64,000 nucleotides of DNA, taken from the IMG/VR virus record IMGVR_UViG_3300027708_000016. The stretch is one strand, 5' to 3'. This stretch comes from a virus (Duplodnaviria > Caudoviricetes). Shown here piece after piece: positions 18,001 to 25,806 of the stretch. The notes under the pieces were generated by a model, which made no database searches, was not told the origin of the DNA, and was given only the letters and a program-made list of their open reading frames with translations. The translations under genes were made by a program, and so were the position numbers. Within the stretch, counting starts at the first letter, position 1. The number at the start of each line of letters is the position of its first letter.

Positions 18001-19739
18001 TATTTGGAAACTATTACAATAGTGGGTTTGGTTTAACATGTGACACTAATAAGTTTTGTCCAGTTTTAACTATTGTTAATAATGCCACAAATAAAATTTA
18101 TAATTTAAATTATAGATTTGGTAATATATCTAGTAAAGCCATTATGGATTCTGATTCAAATTCTGCTTTCAGTATAATTCAAAGATTACCAGATTATTCA
18201 TATTGGGTTTTTGATACCTTTAACTTTAAGGGTGTTTACTATAGTCCTGATGATGTAGTATTAAAAGATATAAAAATTCCAAAAGTTATTGATAAAATTG
18301 ATCAGATTGAATTTAACTCTGTTGGCGTAATGTATTTTTATGATAACAGTTTGAAAACGTATATTTCTTTAAATTCTTTGGGAACTTATCTTGGATTGGT
18401 TAAGGTTAATTTTAAAACACAACGAATTGAAATTGATATAAATGACAAGGTTCTTGAAATTTATGGCAATGCATCCGTTGTAGATAATGATAATAATATA
18501 TGGGAAATGATTGGATCTAATCTTTACAAGAATAGAAATATCTATGCAACAATTGGTGCAGCAAGACAGATGACATGTGATAACTATAATAATCTTTGGA
18601 TTCTGCTTTCCAATGATACATATACAAAAATAGATTCAAATGGTAATATCTTGTTTAATTATAGTTTTAATAACAATGTAGTAAGTGTAACAAATTGTCC
18701 ATTACCACCACCTATAATAAAACCCAATGAATATGCTACAACAGAAGATATTCCCGTTTTAAGTGATAATTTGGAAAATTCAATATTTGCTGATAATGAG
18801 TATGAAATTGTTGTAGATCCTGTGTTGACCAACACTATATATCCAAAGAATCCTTCAAATGTAAAAATTAGAAATATCAATTTCATTAATTCTGCAATTG
18901 AATCTTATAATAAGAAATGTTCATCATCTTCACAAAATTCAGATCAAATGATAATGGTTAACGAAACAGACGGCGAAGCTTACATTTTTGATCAATATGG
19001 AACTCCTTTAATAGGTATTAATTTTACGGGGTTAGTTGACAAAAACGAATCTTTAAATTTTCATGCAAAGGGTGATTTTACTGGTTATCAATATGTAAGA
19101 AAATATAAAAATTCCAATAAGAAACTATCTTGGAAATTTAAAGTTGCTGATAAGGATGGTAATAATTCTATATTACATTCTTTACCTTATGATGTTAGTA
19201 ACTTGGTTAGTGGGTGGCATCATTTTGGATTTAGTTTTGATTCTGTCAATGGTATTGCAAAATGTTTCGTGGATTCCATTCCCGTGGCATCTTCTAATTT
19301 TACAAAGAATTATGTTCTTCAATATGATTACAGAACCTCTTTGCTTTTGGGAACAACTACTGTTAAGAATAATATCTTAAACAAGTTTTTAAATACTAAT
19401 GATGGTTATAATTTTGTAGGAAAGGTTGCAGATTTAAGAGTTTACAATATATATTTAGATGAACCAGAATTCCAACAATTATATAAAGCTTCTGAATTTT
19501 CACCAAATTCAACATCTTTAAATTGGAATATGAAAGTTGGATCAAGAAATTATGTGGAAGAGATAACTCATTGGTTTAAGTTTCAACTAAAGGGTAATAA
19601 AAGTAAATATTACAATATTAATATACATAACTTAGATGTAAGCGATTCAATCAAATCAAATGTTGAAACAGCACTAAGAAATGTTATCAGTAAAACGGCA
19701 CCTGCTTATGCAGAACTTCACAAAATAAATTGGATATAA
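15036..19739 (+). CDS. Putative virion protein: N-terminal S53 (sedolisin/kumamolisin) peptidase + LamG/concanavalin domains
   Basis: GGGQTIAIIDAY, catalytic ETNLD, oxyanion AGD, GTSAGTP nucleophile, NDVIYGSN, GYDLLNGLGSP; LamG motifs ISVGIWLNV and GWHHFGFSFD...FVDS. Confidence 0.85.
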   Translation: MDEDLNKFEIKPCLGWNYPDEDGNLSGEVGFAKNNDALPLLNNLPVGNGFLMPKNLSDYYGFSTISNQSSGILNNDGGGQTIAIIDAYGNPNVQSDLDAFCAYVGIPSTQVQVYYPYGAPTSYDDQWALETNLDVQYAHAMALSAKIALIVSPNNTNFNTTYGCMNYAINTLSANVLSMSFIFRGYDAVAGSYPDTVFENLSAHYVAGAGDWWSESSWPASSPYVLGVGGSYLYGGDSNNYSAYIGSYNEQNAWGNTGGGMSVVNTRPYYQNVASSYTGRGVPDVGYNAGSGVGVYITYPVAGSSGWASVMGTSAGTPQWAALLARMNSAGVGYQKKQLIHKTLYTLASSNYSHYFNDVIYGSNSNPFLGITGYSAGIGYDLLNGLGSPKVASFLPVLTSHSITPSPTPSQKNTDIMYNINSYSISDLYWNPVSFNPIGEKYNLNKNYYVFDNGMSFNVYDALSGLNDLSFNNKNGIFLTGLQQNTDIVSDKSQPEIVNTLSVIETPIVSNDGYVLNINSSFALSKTNRTTFDIDDKFDFTFENSKVSVKHTPSNSLSANSFFLTYVNNQLKFAPAVTPLGNSQLFEYTLGERYIALFLNGTNYTYPLKVDTDLVPTYFDPTQQSLPSTCLLYLPSFNNKERDYSSVSDSFLVSYDASPLIRQSELSVSKKDSNYSQNYLGIFPNENYTLDANGNAVFDLYFHALKNYQTTEYHYNSNGVNRTYDKIYSGTNQSKGLDKIYLGYQTNTVKLEFKPSVLNKFFYSPTSETVNLNDAGFITDGATAGSLPIISDRFYTGANGILGQTTNVNIDSSNQSGNSFLCSWLSNVGGSLKWMDRYYNSAFYSNDQALSATSLVYNDKLDPNKPYVYDTPTNARLDAGVLYHYYHVGKEDSINFLPYLNYNSLTKKYSNILTITNWTSSKLDDMSTYNNNGLVYNNNPLNYNGNYLNFDGTNYGIFPATDSLLENKKISVGIWLNVNDWSNIKGYQIFGNYYNSGFGLTCDTNKFCPVLTIVNNATNKIYNLNYRFGNISSKAIMDSDSNSAFSIIQRLPDYSYWVFDTFNFKGVYYSPDDVVLKDIKIPKVIDKIDQIEFNSVGVMYFYDNSLKTYISLNSLGTYLGLVKVNFKTQRIEIDINDKVLEIYGNASVVDNDNNIWEMIGSNLYKNRNIYATIGAARQMTCDNYNNLWILLSNDTYTKIDSNGNILFNYSFNNNVVSVTNCPLPPPIIKPNEYATTEDIPVLSDNLENSIFADNEYEIVVDPVLTNTIYPKNPSNVKIRNINFINSAIESYNKKCSSSSQNSDQMIMVNETDGEAYIFDQYGTPLIGINFTGLVDKNESLNFHAKGDFTGYQYVRKYKNSNKKLSWKFKVADKDGNNSILHSLPYDVSNLVSGWHHFGFSFDSVNGIAKCFVDSIPVASSNFTKNYVLQYDYRTSLLLGTTTVKNNILNKFLNTNDGYNFVGKVADLRVYNIYLDEPEFQQLYKASEFSPNSTSLNWNMKVGSRNYVEEITHWFKFQLKGNKSKYYNINIHNLDVSDSIKSNVETALRNVISKTAPAYAELHKINWI

Positions 19740-19740
19740 C

Positions 19741-20607
19741 ATGATACCTTTACAAAAAATAGATTCAACTTGTGGTAACATTAATTTAATTGATGAAAAT
19801 ACTTGTTTAGGTAATTCAATTAATGTTGTGAATAGCAATGTTGCTACGCTTAGTGCAAATCTACAAGACTTGACAAGAAATCTTGCATATTGGAAAAACA
19901 TATATTCAATATATACACAGTTAAGTTCACATATAATTTCAACTGGTAACTCTTTAGAGAGTATAAAAAGCAAATATATTGATTATTCAACAACTGTTAA
20001 CACTTTGAGTTCTTTTTGGCAAACTCCTATTTATTTGTTTTTTCCTACTATCTATTCAAATAATTTGTTATTAAGTTCTGCCAATACGGAAGGATCAATT
20101 TTATATGATTTGGTAAATGGCGGAAACTCACGTATCCCAACCAGTAGTAATCCCCCAACTATATCAATATGCGATTGGTTAAAAAATAACTTTTCTCCTA
20201 CTAAATTTAAAAATGGTCAAATCATCAATGTTTATGTAAATTTTTATAATGAGTATACATTTAAATATGATTTCAAAACAATTTATATAGAAGAGTGCAA
20301 ACCAAACGGTAAACCAACTACTGTTACATGTAATGGGTGTCCTGGCGATCCTCTGGCTGGACAATTTCAGGCTTGTAACCAAGATTTGGCATCTGGTCAC
20401 GTTTGTTCAAATGCTTATTCTCATTGTCCAGCACCAGTTTCCAATGGTTCACAGACAGTAAAATATAGTTGTGTAGGTAGTAAACCAGTAACTATGATTC
20501 TTTCTTATACTAGTGGAAAACTTGGTGACAAGTATATATGTGATACGTTAATTTTTAAATATCAAAACAACAACAATCAAAATAGTTGGACATCTTTAAA
20601 TACATAA
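19741..20607 (+). CDS. Putative tail/fibre protein with a Cys-rich C-terminal segment (paralog 1)
   Basis: IDENTCLGNS.NVVNSN N-terminus and TVNTLSSFW motif shared with the next two genes. Confidence 0.75.
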   Translation: MIPLQKIDSTCGNINLIDENTCLGNSINVVNSNVATLSANLQDLTRNLAYWKNIYSIYTQLSSHIISTGNSLESIKSKYIDYSTTVNTLSSFWQTPIYLFFPTIYSNNLLLSSANTEGSILYDLVNGGNSRIPTSSNPPTISICDWLKNNFSPTKFKNGQIINVYVNFYNEYTFKYDFKTIYIEECKPNGKPTTVTCNGCPGDPLAGQFQACNQDLASGHVCSNAYSHCPAPVSNGSQTVKYSCVGSKPVTMILSYTSGKLGDKYICDTLIFKYQNNNNQNSWTSLNT

Positions 20608-20609
20608 AT

Positions 20610-21413
20610 ATGAGTTATACATTTTACAATATATTATCAAGCGATAGCATAGGTGATTCATTAACCTCTGTTAATACAAATTATTCTAATTTAAATAATT
20701 GGGTGCTTGAAGTACAGAATGATTACAATTCTTTTCTTTTTCCGTTAGTGGAATTATATAAAAACAATTACGATCAGTTTTTGGGATTTGTAAATTTTGC
20801 ACAACAATATCAAACCGATATAACTAATTTTATAACAACTGTGGATAGTAATAGTTCAATATGGTTACAACCTATTGTTACATTTTACCCAATATTACTA
20901 GAGTTTCCTTTCAAAACAAATAATTTAGATAATATTGTTAATTGGTTAAATGTTTATTATCCAATAGTTGATAATAATGGAAATAAAAATTTCATACAAA
21001 ATCAACAAATTATAATTTATTGCTATACATTTATATTTAATCAACAATTAAATTTAGAAGAAATAAAAACCATAACAACTACTTGTAAAACCGATAACCC
21101 TAAAATTTGTGCATCATGTAGTGAAACAATACCACCTGCATCAGTTGTATGTTCGCAGGGAACGTTTTATTGTGGGATAACATGGAGTTGTTTAACATGT
21201 GCTACCTCGGATTGTAATTTCTTAAACCCTCCATACTATGATATAACAAGACTCGCCAGTAATAGCGTTCAGGCTAAATCATCAATACAAGGCGTAATCA
21301 ATGCTTCTTACAATGATAGAAGAGAAATTGATGACATAACAATGATAAGCTTTAAGGTTATTGACTGTAACTGGACTTTTGATAAGTTTATAACAGCAAC
21401 ATCTTCAACATGA
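20610..21413 (+). CDS. Putative tail/fibre protein with a Cys-rich segment (paralog 2)
   Basis: Start reassigned to MSYTFY (20610); DSIGDSLTSVNTN, TVDSNSSIW. Confidence 0.75.
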   Translation: MSYTFYNILSSDSIGDSLTSVNTNYSNLNNWVLEVQNDYNSFLFPLVELYKNNYDQFLGFVNFAQQYQTDITNFITTVDSNSSIWLQPIVTFYPILLEFPFKTNNLDNIVNWLNVYYPIVDNNGNKNFIQNQQIIIYCYTFIFNQQLNLEEIKTITTTCKTDNPKICASCSETIPPASVVCSQGTFYCGITWSCLTCATSDCNFLNPPYYDITRLASNSVQAKSSIQGVINASYNDRREIDDITMISFKVIDCNWTFDKFITATSST

Positions 21414-22840
21414 ACTGCAATATACCAACATTAAATATTGACATAACCGATTCTGTTGGGGATTCGGCAGGAAAACACAACTATAATGCATTAGTTTTGG
21501 ATACTGCAATTTGTAACTTATCAAGTGTTTTTTATAATAATAACAATTCTTCACTTGAAACAATTTTTAATAATTTAAGTTCAATATCTAATTCTTATTT
21601 AAATGTTTCAAATTTTTATACAGACCGTAAACTTAATGAGATAAATCAGGTTTTAACAACTGTCAATGTATTAAGTTCTTTTTGGGATGTTAATGAAATA
21701 TTTGTTCAATATCCAATAAATTCAATAAGAAACTTAGCTTTCAATTCTATTGTTCCAAGCGAAGTAGAAAATTTTATCAATACAAGACTTCTTCATGTTG
21801 GAAATGCTTATATAAATGAACAGTTTCCACCATTTTTAAACAACTATAGAAATGGTAATATAATTAATCTTGTTTTTTTCTTATATAATATATCACCTAT
21901 TAACGGGGTGGATTCTTTAATAAAAACAACAAAATCACCTTCTCAATTCACATATCTTAAGAGGAAAATGAATGTTAACATCTCAAGAGATAATGTTCAT
22001 ATTTTACAGGGAGTTATTATGAGATATGCTTATAATAATGGTAGGTGGCTGTTTTTAAATTCAGTTTATAATGGAGCAACTTATGCTAATCCAATTTCAA
22101 AAAATACAATTGTAACAATTGACAATGTAATTGTATCGTCAAATGTTGTAGTATCCAATGAAAATGTTGATATTCGTAAAAATCATCGTTCTTATTTTAC
22201 AAAGAGTGGTTCTTTTAAAATACCTTCCAGTATCAGTACAGATGTCGGGGTTTCTCTTGTTTCGGTAGCTGGAGGCGGTGGTGGTGGATCAGCCGAAGAA
22301 CTTGGGGCAGGTGGAGCAGGTGGTGGGGGTGGTTCTGGTGGATTTAGTTATACCACCATAACACTAAAAGCTGGTGATGTAATATCATATGTTGTTGGTG
22401 CTGGTGGTTTGGGTAGTCAGGCTTATGGTAGGGGTTCAGTTGCGAGTGGTGCTGGTGGTGGAACTACCATTGTTTATTTAAATGGTTCTGAAATCTTAAG
22501 GGCAGTAGGTGGTGGTGGTGGAAACGGTGGAGGTGCAGGAGGTGCAGGAGGTGCAGGAGGATATGGCGTTAAACCTACCAAAGGTGTTAATAGTGGTGCA
22601 GGAAAAGGATCTGGGGGAGCATATGGTGTGCAGGGTACAAATGATTATTCTAGTTGTTCAGGTGGTGTAGGCGGTGGTGGTGCTTGGCAGGGTAGTTATG
22701 GTGCTGGTGGTACAGGCGCATCATCATATGATAGAACCAATCCATTGTACTGGAATGGATCACCTGGCTTTACGGGTGTTGTTTTTATTAAATATCAAAC
22801 CCATACTTTTTCCAATACTACTTTGGTTCAAACAAATTAA
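21410..22840 (+). CDS. Putative tail/fibre protein with a C-terminal glycine-rich domain (paralog 3)
   Basis: DSVGDSAGKHNYN, TVNVLSSFW; C-terminal FTKSGSF...VAGGGGGG...GDVISYVVGAGG...G.VFIKY. Confidence 0.8.
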   Translation: MNCNIPTLNIDITDSVGDSAGKHNYNALVLDTAICNLSSVFYNNNNSSLETIFNNLSSISNSYLNVSNFYTDRKLNEINQVLTTVNVLSSFWDVNEIFVQYPINSIRNLAFNSIVPSEVENFINTRLLHVGNAYINEQFPPFLNNYRNGNIINLVFFLYNISPINGVDSLIKTTKSPSQFTYLKRKMNVNISRDNVHILQGVIMRYAYNNGRWLFLNSVYNGATYANPISKNTIVTIDNVIVSSNVVVSNENVDIRKNHRSYFTKSGSFKIPSSISTDVGVSLVSVAGGGGGGSAEELGAGGAGGGGGSGGFSYTTITLKAGDVISYVVGAGGLGSQAYGRGSVASGAGGGTTIVYLNGSEILRAVGGGGGNGGGAGGAGGAGGYGVKPTKGVNSGAGKGSGGAYGVQGTNDYSSCSGGVGGGGAWQGSYGAGGTGASSYDRTNPLYWNGSPGFTGVVFIKYQTHTFSNTTLVQTN

Positions 22841-22846
22841 AAATTT

Positions 22847-23293
22847 ATGAAAAGTCCAGATTTAAAAATAAGATATGCAAAAGGATTAGGAGACATAATT
22901 GCTTGCATTTTACATTCCAAATCAATTGGTTGGTTAACACATTTAATAACAGGTAATGATAAACCTTGTACGTTGTGTTCACAAAGAAGACATGCTTGGA
23001 ATTTTATCTTTCCAATTAAGGTTTGGAGATTGTTTTTTAAAAATGAAGAAGCTTATATTAAAAGTATAGCAGAAGAATATAAAAATGATGGTCATGAGGT
23101 TAACATATCAAAAGGTGGTGTATCTACATTTAAAGGTACTATTGAAAAAAATGGCGAACCACTCGTGCAAGATGAAAACGATTATAGACCAGATGATGAT
23201 TCTATTGATGAAGAACAATACAATTTACTAAGTAATAGTAAAACAAAAGCTGATGATATTTTAATAGTCGTGAGCGTTTATAAAAAGAAATAA
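22847..23293 (+). CDS. Hypothetical protein with a GLGD...CxxC..RR motif
   Basis: KGLGDIIACILH...KPCTLCSQRRHAWN. Confidence 0.75.
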   Translation: MKSPDLKIRYAKGLGDIIACILHSKSIGWLTHLITGNDKPCTLCSQRRHAWNFIFPIKVWRLFFKNEEAYIKSIAEEYKNDGHEVNISKGGVSTFKGTIEKNGEPLVQDENDYRPDDDSIDEEQYNLLSNSKTKADDILIVVSVYKKK

Positions 23294-23294
23294 T

Positions 23295-23753
23295 ATGCAA
23301 ATAGAAATAATAAAAGTTAACAGTTTAAATACATCAAATGATTCAACAAAAATATTTGGATTATATTTAAAAAAATTTCAATCTTATTTACACATGCTTC
23401 ACTGGTATTCCCCTAATCATAATGTTCATGAGATACTAGGCGAAGTTTATGAAAGTATAGATGGTAGCTTTGATAAACTTCAGGAGGAAATCATCGGTAC
23501 AACCAGACTAAACGGTGCAGTATTTCCTATGATTAATAATCATCTTGATGTTGATGAACTGAGTCAATATGGTCGTGATGTATGTCAAATTATAGAGTTC
23601 TATAATAAAGCCTCCAGTGAATTGAAGACTATATTGTGTAGTATTGATTTCAATCAATTTGTTACAACTGTTCAATCTGGTATTAACAATACAAAAGAAG
23701 ACATTATTACAACACTAAACAAAGGAAGTTATTTACTTTCTATGGTTAATTAA
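23295..23753 (+). CDS. Ferritin/Dps-like four-helix protein (DUF5856-like)
   Basis: HMLHWYSP.H.VHEILGEVYESIDGSFDKLQEEIIG resembles the Dps-type HxxHW...H...DxxxE ferroxidase motif. Confidence 0.75.
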   Translation: MQIEIIKVNSLNTSNDSTKIFGLYLKKFQSYLHMLHWYSPNHNVHEILGEVYESIDGSFDKLQEEIIGTTRLNGAVFPMINNHLDVDELSQYGRDVCQIIEFYNKASSELKTILCSIDFNQFVTTVQSGINNTKEDIITTLNKGSYLLSMVN

Positions 23754-24108
23754 CTTCTACCCATGTTTGGGTTTCTTCATCCCAATTATAAAATTTATCA
23801 TCTGATGGTTTGGGTGTTGGTGCTTGCCAGATATATGTAGTGTTGTCTAATGTCCAAGAAGGAAATGGTTGAGGTTCATAAAATCCTGTACCATCCCAAT
23901 TATAACCAATTCCTGCATAGTTATAATTTATAGCAATGCCACCATCTGCTGATAACGGATAGGTGTTTGGTGCATAATGAACACCTCCTCTGGTGTTATA
24001 AGAAGTTTGTATCCAATCTGATGAATCAAAAAATGTATTGATAATATCTTGTTCTGCAACAATTACCTGTTGGACTATATTATTTTTGACCTGTGCGAAA
24101 TGACTCAT
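23746..24108 (-). CDS. Conserved phage tail-fibre-associated protein (MxHFAQ...WIQTSYN...NYAGIG family)
   Basis: Motifs MSHFAQV, DWIQTSYNTRGGVH, NYAGIGY, PQPFPSWTLD, WQAPTPKP. Confidence 0.8.
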   Translation of the reverse strand: MSHFAQVKNNIVQQVIVAEQDIINTFFDSSDWIQTSYNTRGGVHYAPNTYPLSADGGIAINYNYAGIGYNWDGTGFYEPQPFPSWTLDNTTYIWQAPTPKPSDDKFYNWDEETQTWVEVN

Positions 24109-24119
24109 ATTTATATTTA

Positions 24120-25802
24120 TTATGCGGTATATGTTCCAGAAGAATTATAAGTTAAAATTGTGAATATACCGTATGTACTTATACTCGGAGAACCTGTAGT
24201 AATGCCTGAATAATTAGCTGTTGGTATTTTTAATATTACAATACCTTTACCACCACTTCCTCCCCCATATCCACCTGCACCTGCTCCACCTCCTCCACCA
24301 GTATTGCTCGTGCCATTGTTTCTTGTGGCACCACCGCCCCCTAATCCACCTGCTGCTGTTACTCCTGCCCAATATGGATTAGCAGTACCGCTTGCACCAC
24401 CACCAGCATAATATGTTGGGGTTCCTGATATATTAATTTGCAAACCATCGCCACCCGTAACAGCAACATAGTCAATACCATCTTTACCGACTTGTCCAGC
24501 ACCACCACCAGAACCACCAAAGGCGTTGACGCTAACAGCGGCAGCACCGCCACTTAATCCTTGACCTATTGTACCAGCACCACCACCTTCTGATCCACCA
24601 CCTCCACCGCCAGATCCACCACTACCACCATTTTGAGAAGGAGGTGAGTAACTATTACCCCCACCGCCACCACCAAAAGCTGTTAATAAACCTACTATAG
24701 TTGTATCAGTACCTCTTTGTGAGATCGGATCACTATTGCCAACAGAACCACCTACACCCCCCGCACCAACATTAATACTGTAAGTTACACCTTTTGTAAA
24801 ATCAATAATAGGTTGAAATATTAATCCACCAGCACCACCACCACCTGCTAATCCACCACCTCCACCGCCACCAACTAATAAAGCGTATGGTCTTGCAAAA
24901 TATTTATTTTGAAGATATTTAATAATGCCTTCTGAAACATTTTTAGGTAAATTTGTGTTAAATATTATTAATTCACTTAATTCAGTATTGAATGTTGATT
25001 CTGCATTATAACTACCAACACTAGCAAAAGGAGATATGCCAATGCACGTAGGTGAACGGCTTGATAAGTTAAAATTTAATGCGTATGTATCACGGGCAGC
25101 GTTTGCTATTTTTCTATTTATAAAAAAAGATCCAGTATTCACACTGTCAACAGTTGTACCAAAAAAATTACTAGTATTTAAAAGACTAACATTTTCACTA
25201 TCAGATATGGTATTATGATCACCAAAATTGGAGGCATATGAGGGACCATCACTACCATGATAATATTTCGCAGATATTGTTGTATTTGTAGTATTTGTAT
25301 TTAATGCTAACTGAAGTTGTCTTCTATTAGGAGAACCTCCAGATTGAGATATAATTGTCACGTTTGCAGTATCTTTAATAGTAGCCACATAAAAAATAGT
25401 TTTTTGAGATGATAAAGAATTTCCCCAAGTATAATCATAATTAATTAAAAATTTTGCATCTGGATCGAAGTATCCACCTAAAGCCTTATTAGAACTTAAC
25501 AAAATTGAATTTGATTTTAAATAAGATTGTTCTGGAGGTATAAGAATAGGTGCATTTTTTGACCTAAAGGCATAAAAATGTCTATTATTACCGCTTTTAT
25601 CTAACCATGCAGATACTATTGGAAACCCCGTTTCATTAAGATAATATTTATTTGAACTTAATATAACCGTAGTAGTATCTGTTGCATCTAACCATAATGC
25701 CAAATTTTTAGCATAAGCTGATAAAATTGAGCTTTTTGTGGAGTTAACCCAAACCGAAGATGGATAATTTGCTAGTATTCCGTAATTTAAAGTATTAAAC
25801 AT
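24120..25802 (-). CDS. Lectin-like (LamG-type) + glycine-rich tail fibre protein
   Basis: LALWLDATD...SAWLDKSGNNRH N-domain; LLVGGGGGG...YSINVGAGG...GGKGIVILK...ILTYNSSGTY C-domain. Confidence 0.8.
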   Translation of the reverse strand: MFNTLNYGILANYPSSVWVNSTKSSILSAYAKNLALWLDATDTTTVILSSNKYYLNETGFPIVSAWLDKSGNNRHFYAFRSKNAPILIPPEQSYLKSNSILLSSNKALGGYFDPDAKFLINYDYTWGNSLSSQKTIFYVATIKDTANVTIISQSGGSPNRRQLQLALNTNTTNTTISAKYYHGSDGPSYASNFGDHNTISDSENVSLLNTSNFFGTTVDSVNTGSFFINRKIANAARDTYALNFNLSSRSPTCIGISPFASVGSYNAESTFNTELSELIIFNTNLPKNVSEGIIKYLQNKYFARPYALLVGGGGGGGLAGGGGAGGLIFQPIIDFTKGVTYSINVGAGGVGGSVGNSDPISQRGTDTTIVGLLTAFGGGGGGNSYSPPSQNGGSGGSGGGGGGSEGGGAGTIGQGLSGGAAAVSVNAFGGSGGGAGQVGKDGIDYVAVTGGDGLQINISGTPTYYAGGGASGTANPYWAGVTAAGGLGGGGATRNNGTSNTGGGGGAGAGGYGGGSGGKGIVILKIPTANYSGITTGSPSISTYGIFTILTYNSSGTYTA

Positions 25803-25806
25803 TTTT

